Source of the DNA: Tubiluchus corallicola
Lineage: Eukaryota > Animalia > Priapulida
Assembly (NCBI GenBank): GCA_030141605.1
Contig: JAQGDQ010001310.1
Location: 1 to 48,111, forward strand
Reading direction: 5' to 3'
Length of the DNA stretch: 48,111 bases
This document shows, piece after piece, positions 25,827-36,854 of this stretch. The position numbers were made by a program, and so were the translations under genes. The notes under the pieces are model-generated. The model made no database searches, was not told the origin of the DNA, and saw nothing but the letters and a program-made list of their open reading frames with translations. Numbering within the stretch: position 1 is the stretch's first letter; every line of letters starts with the position of its first letter.

Positions 25827-26878
25827 CAGTGACAACTCAACTCTCTATAGGTGACTTTAGTTTGTGGTTTAAATTCAGTGACAACTCAAATTCTCTATAG
25901 GTGACTTTAGTTTGTGGTTTAAATTCAGTGACAACTCAACTCTCTATAGGTGACTTTAGTTTGTGGTTTAAATTCAGTGACAACTCAAATTCTCTATAGG
26001 TGACTTTAGCTTGTGGTTTAAATTCAGTGACAACTCAAATTCTCTATAGGTGACTTTAGTTTGTGGTTTAAATTCAGTGACAACTCAACTCTCTATAGGT
26101 GACTTTAGTTTGTGGTTTAAATTCAGTGACAACTCAAATTCTCTATAGGTGACTTTAGTTTGTGGTTTAAATTCAGTGACAACTCAAGCTCTCTATAGGT
26201 GACTTTAGTTTGTGGTTTAAATTCAGTGACAACTCAAGCTCTCTATAGGTGACTTTAGTTTGTGGTTTAAATTCAGTGACAACTCAAACTCTCTATAGGT
26301 GACTTTAGTTTGTGGTTTAAATTCAGTGACAACTCAACTCTCTATAGGTGACTTTAGTTTGTGGTTTAAATTCAGTGACAACTCAACTCTCTATAGGTGA
26401 CTTTAGTTTGTGGTTTAAATTCAGTGACAACTCAACTCTCTATAGGTGACTTTAGTTTGTGGTTTAAATTCAGTGACAACTCAAGCTCTCTATAGGTGAC
26501 TTTAGTTTGTGGTTTAAATTCAGTGACAACTCAACTCTCTATAGGTGACTTTAGTTTGTGGTTTAAATTCAGTGACAACTCAACTCTCTATAGGTGACTT
26601 TAGTTTGTGGTTTAAATTCAGTGACAACTCAAGCTCTCTATAGGTGACTTTAGCTTGTGGTTTAAATTCAGTGACAACTCAACTCTCTATAGGTGACTTT
26701 AGTTTGTGGTTTAAATTCAGTGACAACTCAACTCTCTATAGGTGACTTTAGCTTGTGGTTTAAATTCAGTGACAACTCAACTTTCTATAGTTGACTTTAG
26801 CTTGTGGTTTAAATTCAGTGACAACTCAACTTTCTATAGGTGACTTTAGTTTGTGGTTTAAATTCAGTGACAACTCAG
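25827..26878. repeat. 49-50 bp satellite, ~21 copies
   Basis: cagtgacaactcaactctctataggtgactttagtttgtggtttaaatt. Confidence 0.98.
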
Positions 26879-27258
26879 ACTCTGTCTATGAAAGGACAGT
26901 TAACAGAACTACGTTGAGTGACCAATAATGACGTAGCCAGTGATACAATATGATAAAATGTGCCTGCTTTTTTACAAAAAACACATCACTTGCAACTTAT
27001 CATTAGAATTATATCTGCTGCTAAAAGAGCTTTTCCCAATCTAATATCACTTTATTGAGAAGTAAGTTTAATTGCTGTAATTTCAGTTAAATTACTGCAG
27101 TAAAAACAAGTTCTACCTCAGGACTAAGGGCAAGATTACAAGATGGTTTTTAGCCTAAATTTTAATCATAACATCTTCAACACACAACGCCGCAGTGTTC
27201 AAGTTGCTACAGTTACTGCAGCAGCTGCCGGCAGCGCTGCAGTCGCTCTTGATGATTC

Positions 27259-27436
27259 AGAGCCTATTAATTAACGTAATCCTAATTAGTGCAGATCTAA
27301 CTGCAAGATATTCAAAGTTTTACAAAGTCTAAGCCGTGTCTCGCTGTTTCTTATTTATCTCGTAAATTTTGGAAGACTTTGTAAAGCTTTGAATTAATTA
27401 ATCTATTCTTTAATTAATAAATTAATTAATGGCTCT
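27259..27436. mobile_element. MITE-like hairpin (~180 bp)
   Basis: Termini agagcctattaattaa...ttaattaatggctct and inner stem ttcaaagttttacaaagtct / agactttgtaaagctttgaa. No clear TSD. Confidence 0.5.
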
Positions 27437-28124
27437 AACGTGGCAAGGAGAGTAGGACCTTTTAAATGATTTGCATATCATATAAACATAAAAACCCACT
27501 TGATAAAAACAAGTTTTATAGTTTTAATTGATGAGACCCTACGCTCCTTACCTACCGCCCTGTTACTAACTAAAACTAAAACTAATTATCACTAATTATT
27601 ACTAACTATCTCTAACTATTGCTTAAACTGCTGCAGCTTGAACATGTGACACATCAAATTTTCCGATGATTGTTTACGAATATTTTTCTAACATTTTTGA
27701 AATTCAAACAACATGGACGTCTTAAAATTGCTCAAGTAAGCGGATTTTCTACAAATTTTGCTTTCAGAACTGGATCATAGAAAATGTTTGCACTACAGTA
27801 ACTTAATGATACGTTTTCAACTCAAACTGTCTTGCATAAATTAGTGCAGCAGATATAATAAGTAAACCTTAGCTAGCATAGGTCTACTGATTAATTGCAA
27901 GTGAAACAAGTGTGTGTGGTAGTGGGGGGGGGTGTCAGGTCACTAAACAGTTTGATCACAGGAGACGAAAAGTAAAAATTAAACAGAGAAGTAAATAAGA
28001 CTTGGAACTATTATAAACAACGCAGACGTGTAAATGATAGAAATGATTTTGTAAATGAAAAATCTAAAAATTAAAAAAATCATTTTACTTCTTTTACTGT
28101 CGTGTAGACTACGATGTAAAAAAT

Positions 28125-28390
28125 TGAAAATGGCACACATTTATAAGGTATCCTGTTTTACAGTTTGAAAAAGGCACACATTTGTAAGGGTCTCCTGTTT
28201 TACAGTTTGAAAAAGGCACACATTTGTAAGATCTCCTGTTTTACAGTTTGAAAATGGCACACATTTGTAAGGTCGCCTGTTTTACAGTTTGAAAATGGTA
28301 CACATTTGTAAGGTCTCCTGTTTTACAGTTTGAAAGTGGCACACATTTGTAAGGTCTCCTGTTTTACAGTTTGAAAATGGTACACAGTTG
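28125..28390. repeat. 41 bp tandem repeat x6
   Basis: tttgaaaatggcacacatttgtaaggtctcctgttttacag. Confidence 0.94.
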
Positions 28391-28679
28391 TACTGTAAGT
28401 ACACTATCAGCTTGCCAGCATCAGTAGTTCTAGATTGAGGCCAAAATGAGGCACTTTAGCAGTAATTCAGTACAACTGCTTTTTACAGATGTTTTGAGTT
28501 GCCACAGTTTATGATAATTAGTCACCCTTCCTTTTAGAAAAATACGTTGCAAGCCTTTGTTTGCCTAACTACTGGTGGTTTTAGAAGTTGTTGCAGCCAT
28601 TGACTGCCCACAGTTTTACAATTGTGCGGCTTCTAACCTTGAACCTCCACCAACAAAGTCATTCACTAACCTCATTACG

Positions 28680-29340
28680 TAACATAAGTTGCATCAGTTT
28701 GAACACTCAGCTCCTTGAGCTTTTATAACTGTTTCTCATAATAGTTTTTAAATCTTAACGTTCTTTATCTAGAACAGCCAATAAAAACTCACTGATTACA
28801 TAACCAATCTCCTTCTCTGCCCGGTATAGCAAGTTCTCCAGCTTTGCTTGCCAAATTCATTGCAATTGTGCAATTATTGCAACGTTTAACTGTGAACTAT
28901 CAACTTAAACTCACCAAATAACTCATCTTAGTTACTCGCCCACTTCGTATTATGAGTCGCATAAGGTTAGTCAGCAAGCTCTTGTAGTTTTATGACTTCC
29001 CTTCTGTAGTAGTTAATGAACTTCCACTTCCGTTGACCTCAATCCACCCACGCAAGGTCACCGACCACTTCTCCAATGTGACTTCCTCACTTGGGACAGT
29101 AAGAGGAGTACCTTTGCTTGTCCAGCCGCTCATAGTCCTTACTTGTTGTAAACTTTGAACTTAGACTGCCCCCCGCCCATGTCAACACCTACCCAACAAC
29201 AATTTTTCTCCCATCTCTTGCTATGACCTGCTCAAGTTTGATGACTTAGCTCCTTAACAATTCTAGAGTTCTAAGACACAGTTGAAGTGACAGTTACATA
29301 AGTAATCAAAACAGTAAATAAACAATCACAAGGTTGGAAG
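28680..29340 (-). repeat. Right arm of inner inverted repeat
   Basis: Reverse complement of ~25150-25820. Confidence 0.88.
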
Positions 29341-30971
29341 ATATCATTTTGACATTCTGAATGAAAAAGTTTTACTAATTTTTAGAGCGAAAATAGTCAT
29401 TTTTTAGGTAAAACACTTAACAGGGAATAATGTTTTCCAGGAAGGAAGTCATGTATCCTTGTAAATATATGGATAACAAGTTACGCAAAAAGATAATTCC
29501 AGTTCTGAACCGCAGGTTGCACACAAACTATTTCTGAACCTTATAGATTTCTCACAATTGAAAATATCTGTCTTTCATGTCAAGAACTGTCGACTACTGC
29601 TTGAAATCGAGCAGTAATAGTGCCCCCAATGTGCATGCGCTGGTCGAAAAGAACCAATCAAACAATTTAAATTAAATGCGTCAAATCCTGCCTAACAATC
29701 TTCAAACAAACGATACTTAAGACACCATCCAGGGGGCGCCAAAACCTGCAAGTGTTTCTTATTGGCTAGAAAAAGTCTAAGTAAAATTTGATTGAAATCA
29801 TTTAATGAAATGACAGCAGAAAAACACAATAGAAACAATGATGTCCTCTCGCTTACGTGCAAACCAACTTTGCTTGTATAAACATAAAAATATTGAACAC
29901 AGAAGAGTGACTCCTCCTCCTCCTGCTATATTATCACCTCGAGAGAAAAATAACTAAAGACAAGCAGTCTGCATGATACCAAGAAATGCAAAGTCGTGCA
30001 AAATGCGAAATGAATTTTATAAATTTGATTCCCTGACGACTAATTATCACAAATGAAGTCATACATTAAAAAAGAAGTTTTAGCGACCAACTACCAGGTG
30101 TCTCCACTTCATTACTTGAATCGTCTTGACAAACAACAAACTCATTTAGATACTAAACAGAAACAAAAGAGGCGTGTCCTTCATCGTACTGACACATTAG
30201 AGAATCATCAAACTGAAGCTGAATAGAAATGATGATGCAGAATAGGGCCAGGGATGCTGAATGTTAAAGCATCAATTGATGATGCAGAATAGGGCCAGGG
30301 ATGCTGAATGTTTAAACATCAATTTAAGAATATTACATTGTATCAGAAACAAGTGTTTCATATAAAGCATACTATGAGGATAATTGTAATGGCTTTTTCT
30401 ATGACACAACACACAATAAAATATAACAGTAATGTAAAAAAACCTTGTTGTTGCATTAGGCATCTAATGTCTCCATTTGTTGTAGAAAACATTGCTTTGG
30501 ATATCTGATCTTGTGTTAAGCAAGACAATCCAGTGTTGCCACTCCTTGCATTCCATATACTGCACAGAATTTCATTATTCCACTCAATGTGCTGCGCATC
30601 TGATGTTCTCAGTAAATGTAGTGAATGTTGCACAAAACACATGATGATGTCACACCATTAAAAAACACCATTGCACGTTTTCCTAAATAAAAATAAAAAA
30701 AGGTCAAAATGCTACAATTGATTGCAGAAAAAAACATGGATACTGCGGCATGCTGACATAGTGAGATGAACATTACTGTTACACGTTTGGGTTAATGGGT
30801 AACAAAAAAGTTTGTGTGAAACTACTCCAATTAGTCAGAGAAGGAGGAGGAGGGTGACTTGTCCTCCCCGCCCTTTAGGAAAAACCGCTGAAGCACCTCT
30901 GACATTTCAGTGTCTTACTGCAGGAGACTACAATAAGTAATTGTAGAGAAAAAAGACATACCAAGAACATC

Positions 30972-31382
30972 TTAATCAGAAAACCATGGCTGTCCATGAA
31001 TAGCTTCCCACCGCCAACGCTCATAATCGCTAACATCATGCGATGTATCCAGGTCACTATCGACATACGTGTCCGACAAAATCCGCTCCCGTTCCTCCAG
31101 AACACGCCGGACACGCTCCTGCTCTTCTTCCTCCTCATCAGAACGAGACCGCCGCCTGGGACGGCCAGGCGACGGTGGCCAGGGGTATCCAGGAAGAGCA
31201 AACCCATGCTCCTTCCTGAATCCAACACTCTCCCTCCACTCCTCGATACCCCTGGCAACGGAGTCCTCCGAGTCGCTGCTACCCACAGAGGAGGTCGACG
31301 ATCGACGCAGCTCCTCCGGATGGAACGCCTGTGGGTAGCAGGCCGCCTCACAAACATCTCCAACTGGAGCCGGAACAACTTG
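30972..31382 (-). CDS. Exon 5 (terminal; Ser-rich, acidic, Trp-containing tail) of the C2HC gene
   Basis: ttttatttttag|CAAGTTGTT, 411 nt to TAA. It contains track ORF 30972-31286 in the same frame. Confidence 0.8.
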   Translation of the reverse strand, partial: QVVPAPVGDVCEAACYPQAFHPEELRRSSTSSVGSSDSEDSVARGIEEWRESVGFRKEHGFALPGYPWPPSPGRPRRRSRSDEEEEEQERVRRVLEERERILSDTYVDSDLDTSHDVSDYERWRWEAIHGQPWFSD

Positions 31383-34300
31383 CTAAAAATAAAAAAGCAA
31401 TAATTTAGTTTACACAAAAGAACTACGCTGTATATACAAAATAGAATCTAATATCGGGTGGCACAGAAAAAATGCACCGAAGTTTTGATTACAATAATAT
31501 CAAAAGCAAGTGCCCTACAAACACAAGGGTGAAGTTTCACTGTTGCAGGCATTAAAAGTTTTGAGTGCTTTTCAAATTATGGTTGAAAAGCTTTTGCGGG
31601 TTAAAAATTTAATTATCCAAACAATAATTATCCAAAGCTAATAATCAACTGGAAAAAACAGCCAGGTTGATGTATAAAGTACTCAACAGATGGCAGCACA
31701 ACATTGCATCACAATGCATTAAATTTTGACTATAAAAGTTTCAAGTTTTAGTTTATTCAAATTATGGCTATAAAACTTTTGCAGATCAAACGTCGAAACA
31801 ATGTCAACTAGGCACATACGAAAAACAATTACAGTTAATGTAGAAAGCCTTTAACAGAGGGCAGCAAAATATTCATTTACTCCGATATACACAGCAGAAT
31901 TATGCCAGAGTCAACAGATCTTAATCATCTTGACATAGAACATTTGAAACAACTTAAACAGGAAATTGCACAGAGCCCTTTTGATGCAGAAGAGGAACAA
32001 AAAGTAGAAAGTATTGAGCTCTAGCTGGGACCAAATAACCCTTTTTAGAACAGTCCTCAAAGGAACGCCTCCCTTTTTGATATACTTGCCGAATGTCCAC
32101 ATACTTGGCATTTGCAAAAAGATAAAAATATGATGTTTATCACAACATTTGTGCGATTTTCCATTTACTTTAACTTAAAGAATAGAGCATGCATCAAAAA
32201 CCACTTTAACCACGTAGCTGTAAAAATTACAAATGATTCCAGCAAAAATATTTACATAATTATATATGCATGTACAAGAACAACGCACATATGCACTAGA
32301 GTCTAGACAAACCTGGCACTAAAAGTGTTCAATACGTGCAGGCTTACAGTACTGTTGAATATTTATAAAAACTATAAAGAGATTTAAAAATATTAGTTGC
32401 GTAACACAAAACACAATCTGTTCTAAATGGTTCAATTAATTTGTTTATAGTATGAACTGTAAATATACAGTTTGCCAACTATACTTTTAAGCAGGCCTAA
32501 TTCTGCCAAACCCTTGTACAAATATACAGTTTGCGAACTATACTTTTAAACTGTACAAATATATAGTTCTCTTTCTTATTATGGTGTCATAGTTCGCAAT
32601 TTCTTTCAGGGAACTTTATATCATTTTTAATAAGAAAAAAATCAACGTTTCAATTGCACATTAGCAGTTGTCAGCAGAAAAAAAGAAATTAATTAAAAAA
32701 ATAGGAATAAATTATCTTAATTTTCAAATTTCTTATCACTTACACGCTACCTTATTGTGCACAAAACCTAGATAAGCAGTAATGCTGTATAAAATTTGAA
32801 ACTTCAAAGGCAAGACATTTGAATAAAGTTTAGATAACATTGGGTAAACTTTGAAGAACAGGACACTCTTCGCTAACTAAACAAATGTATAAATTACTTT
32901 GTGTTGTCAATAAGATCAATAATGTGTTTTTGGTGAATCAGTGGTGCACACTGGGAAGGCGCTTCAATGTCGTCTTAACAGTTGGTGGAAACATTTTAAA
33001 TTATTTAGAATTTCCTTTTCTAGTTGGCACAGTGTCCGTCAATCATGTATATACTAAATAATATGACTTTGTGTGGAAAAATTTTTGCGACAAACAATAA
33101 AATCATCTTTTCCATTTTTAATAAAAATTATATAAAATTTGCTGTGATTTAGTTGACTGAGACGAAAGTGAGATTTTATTAGTGAGATTTAAGGAATCTT
33201 TCATTCATATTACAAGAATTTACAAACTTTTACACCAATATCTGCCATTGTTAATTACTTATAACAATGTATATTTGATTGGAAAAACTTGGACCACAAT
33301 GCAGATGCATTATATTGATTTTTTAATAAAGTAGAACTATCCTACCTCAACAGGAGCAACCGTGATCCGCCGTCGAGCATAAGGATGCGGCCTGAAATTC
33401 GCAGGCCGCACCCGACGAACAGGCATCGGTCGTCCAGCTCCAGTTGGATAAGCTCTGAAAAATAAATCCTTGTTTAGCAAACATGTAAGCCTCTAAAAAG
33501 TCCTTAATATGGCCTCCTTCATTTTCTCAATAAAATTGGGGGTGGGGTGTCGTCGGGGAGATGCTGTAAAACTCATAGCAAAATGAAAACTACTTTGGTG
33601 GCTATTTGCGTCGTCACGTGGGCCGATTATTATGCTGACATTTGACGTGTTATTAAGTCATATAAAACCAACGTAAAGTATCAGTTAATACATTAATACG
33701 TTTATTCACTGTTTCTGCATAAAAAGCAAAAGACGTTTGTGCATTACTGAACATTGGGAGCTAGCATTTGTACTGTTAAACTGGCAAGTTGCAATGCCTT
33801 TGCTAGTCTATAATGCCAGTCATTATTAGTAAACAAAAGTTTCTTCCGCTAAATTTTGTCATTTCTTAGAGATGTCTAACAGCATGTTTTTGCATATTAG
33901 GCCTGCATTAGGCCTCTAACGCGTTTAGAGACAAAGTTTAACCAGCTTTGTGCTTTTATACATGATAATAAAAAGTTGAAATTTAAGGGTTGAAAGTCAG
34001 TTCTAACTGTGTCAGTAAAATTAAGATTTCCTTTTTGTCAAGTTTAAATTATAAAAAAATCCGCTTACCTGGTCACACGCAAGGCCGGGACAGGCACCGC
34101 CTCCTGCTCTAATGGACAACTCGCCATAACGTAGTGCCGGCCCCGACCCTCAATGACATTGCCCTGCCCTCCACAGAAATTGAAGTTTGGGCACCTTCGC
34201 CTAAAAGAGACAAAAATAATTTTCAATTTTCTACAAAACGTACTTTCATTTTGTCAAACTTCAAAAAAAAACAACAACAGCAAAAAAGACTACAAAACTT

Positions 34301-36854
34301 CCAGTTTAATAACTTTATGGATAAACAAATTTAATAAAACTACATGAGAAATTTCTTAGAACTAATTTACTCCTATTTGCTGGTATAGAATCGGGATTGC
34401 GTATCCCAATTTTTCCACAGCTCTTTTACAAAAGCAATAAACGATATTGAATCAAACTATTCTCAAAAAAAATCTCTGAAAAATCTGCATGTTTAAGAAG
34501 TTAATAAAACTACATGAGAAATTGTTGGATTTAAATGACTCCTATTTGCTGGCAATTTGTTAAGCACGTGTTTGAAGAACTGATCAATCCTCTTAACGCA
34601 CAAGTTCAACTCTGGTAGGTTTATTATAAACATTGGCACACAAGCTGAAATATTGGACATCTCCAAATGGAAAGAAAACTAAATGAAATATCAATTTTCT
34701 AGTGTAGAAAGCACAAATTTGCACATCTAACTGAAAAGAAACAGCAAATATTTTGTTGCTATGTGTTCGTTTCCCACCCTGGAGGTCGCGGGTTCTGTAA
34801 CGTCTTGGCAACATTTGTAACTTTGTTAGAAACTTTATAGAACAGTTAACATAAATCTTTCTTGCTTATTAATCTGCTTATTCACAAAGACTGCTGCCAT
34901 GATAAGTCTAGAGGATGTAACGCCTCGTGGCTTGGCTTGCCGGCTAAAAACAGTGAGAGGAAACCTTAGTGAGCACAAACATTAAAAATATAAACCATAG
35001 ATAAGAACACGTCACAGGTTCAATTCCTGACACGTAAGAGTAAAGTTTTAATTACCGCTCGTTCTGCCAAGCGGGTTCTATCAAGACTACTTTGAAAATA
35101 AGCTGTTATCATTGTACTATTAGTGTCCTAAACATTATTAAGGACAATTATAAATATTATTATTTATATAGCCATAGATTATTCATGTCTAAAACGTTTT
35201 AACCAAAAATAGATTAAATCATATTCAAGTTACCCATGACTTCTTGGACAAAAATTGCTAAGTTGGTAGGTCAGTTGTTCAGTTACGGTTCACAACTACT
35301 CGAGTAAATCTTGTGCTCAATTAAGAAACAGCAGAATTTAGCAAACCGTCTCTTACAGCAGCTAAATGAACTACTGCAACCAACATAGTAAAAGACTTGC
35401 TATGACGGTAGAAAACCACAATTATTATGAATGTTGATACACATTAAACTCCAGAAGACAAGAAAGTAAATAGCTGGAACTCAGTCTGGTTTTGAAACAG
35501 AGACATTTGAATTACAAAAACAATTTCATAACCACTAGGTCATCATGTTTCCTGATGACTATGACATTCGCTTTTCCTTCTTCCTTCCATGCCTCTCTCT
35601 CTCCCATCTCTCTCTCTCTCTCTCTCTCTCCCCCATCTCTCTCTCTAAATGATTACCATTACCATCACCAACATCATCACCATCACTACCATCATCATCA
35701 TCACCATCACCACCATCACCATCATCACCACCATCATTCATCATCAGCATCATTATCACCATCGTCATCATCATTCTTATCATTAGCATTATACTACGAT
35801 ACAAAAAATAGTGATGTAACTTTAAATGATTCTTGATGTCATTTGCTATAATCATTTTTCCTTTTGGTACAATAATTAACTATCGAAAAATCAGTAATAT
35901 CTCGGATGGAATGAAATGTCCAGAGACAACGTTCCAGTTCGTGTCGATTAAGACGATATGAAAACTCCATGAAATGATTGTAATAAGTTAGCTGTTAACA
36001 AGCTAGCTTTGCTTCACAAAGACTAAACGGTAAAGTTTTGTGTAAAGTAAACAAAAACGAAAACTATAGCCACGAGGGGGCAAAATGAACGGTTCTACTA
36101 CTGAAAAAGCTAATTTGTAATTATAATCGTGTCTACTTACACTGGCTTTGGCTTGCTCTGGCGTTCTTCCAGGGGTGGCCGAGCCACCACCCCTGCCTGG
36201 AGCTCGCGTCGTCGCTGCTCCTCGTAGCGCCACGCACAGGCAGACGTGGACCTGTGCGTGGCGTACCGGGGATCGACGTTCCCCCGCCCCCCGCACTGGG
36301 TGAACCAATGACATCTGAAAAAAGAAGAAAAACGTCATTTCATTTTACTAGTTTAACAGTAAAAGTAAACAACAGCGGTTAATACAAGACAGTAATATTA
36401 TAAGAGAATACACATATATAAAGTCTATGATAAAATAAATAAGTTATTAAGTTGTTGTGTAAACTAAGGGTATGTAGTAAATTTGATTTGACTCTTTTAT
36501 CACTATAATAACGCAAACTATTTTATATTGTTTAAAGTTTTGTTGCAAGAAAAACGATGTTCTGTTTACTGGCAGCAAAGTCTTCAGATTATTGAGAATT
36601 TAGAAATTTTAATGATTGCAAACACAACAGACGTGGGGCTGGTTTGTTAACTTAAAATGTTTCGAAAATAAATTGTAAGATGATCCTGTAAAAAGTTCTA
36701 TAAATAAAGAATAATCTCACACCACACGAGATTTGTTAACAGCAGAAAAAAATTTCTGTTTGTTTGGACAACGGTACATATGCAGAAAATAAAAAAGTAG
36801 ATGGAAAGGTTTTCTGGCTAAAAAGCAAAATTTCTTTACTTACCGCTTAGGCAT
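30972..36854 (-). CDS. 5-exon gene, 278 aa, double C2HC (MYT1/CCHHC-like) zinc-finger protein; join(36844-36854, 36141-36314, 34069-34200, 33346-33454, 30972-31382)
   Basis: All introns are GT-AG with polypyrimidine tracts, the phases match (2,2,2,0), and 11+174+132+109+411 = 837 nt is open. The exons are GC-rich islands. Protein: MPKRCHWFTQCGGRGNVDPRYATHRSTSACAWRYEEQRRRELQAGVVARPPLEERQSKPKPVRRCPNFNFCGGQGNVIEGRGRHYVMASCPLEQEAVPVPALRVTRAYPTGAGRPMPVRRVRPANFRPHPYARRRITVAPVEQVVPAPVGDVCEAACY...EAIHGQPWFSD. Confidence 0.85.
33346..33454 (-). CDS. Exon 4 (basic, RPHPY motif) of the C2HC gene
   Basis: tttttcag|A GCT TAT ... GTT GAG|gtagga. Encodes AYPTGAGRPMPVRRVRPANFRPHPYARRRITVAPVE. Confidence 0.8.
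34069..34200 (-). CDS. Exon 3 (zinc finger 2) of the C2HC gene
   Basis: tctcttttag|G CGA AGG TGC ... ACC AG|gtaagc. Encodes CPNFNFCGGQGNVIEGRGRHYVMASCP. Confidence 0.87.
34796..35016. mobile_element. Solo LTR (221 bp) with 5-bp TSD GGTTC
   Basis: TGTAACGT...ACGTCACA termini, GGTTC on both sides, and the empty site is present in the left arm at ~18130. Confidence 0.85.
36141..36314 (-). CDS. Exon 2 (zinc finger 1) of the C2HC gene
   Basis: ttttttcag|A TGT CAT ... CCA GT|gtaagt. Encodes CHWFTQCGGRGNVDPRYATHRSTSAC. Confidence 0.87.
36844..36854 (-). CDS. Exon 1 coding part (ATG CCT AAG CG)
   Basis: atcATGCCTAAGCG|gtaagt is conserved in both arms although the adjacent 5' UTR differs. An upstream acceptor lies at 36893. 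Confidence 0.7.

Noticed and set aside
30875-31417. 180-aa and + strand ORFs overlapping exon 5
   Set aside because: Shadow frames of a GC-rich exon. The splice phase selects the frame ending at 30972.
32040-32115. Minus-strand CQVCGH as an alternative zinc-finger exon
   Set aside because: The acceptor is AA rather than AG, and stops follow within 20 codons.
36003-36338. Track ORFs over exon 2 (also 16744-17124)
   Set aside because: Wrong frames. The zinc-finger frame is bounded by splice sites and its phases match the neighbouring exons.
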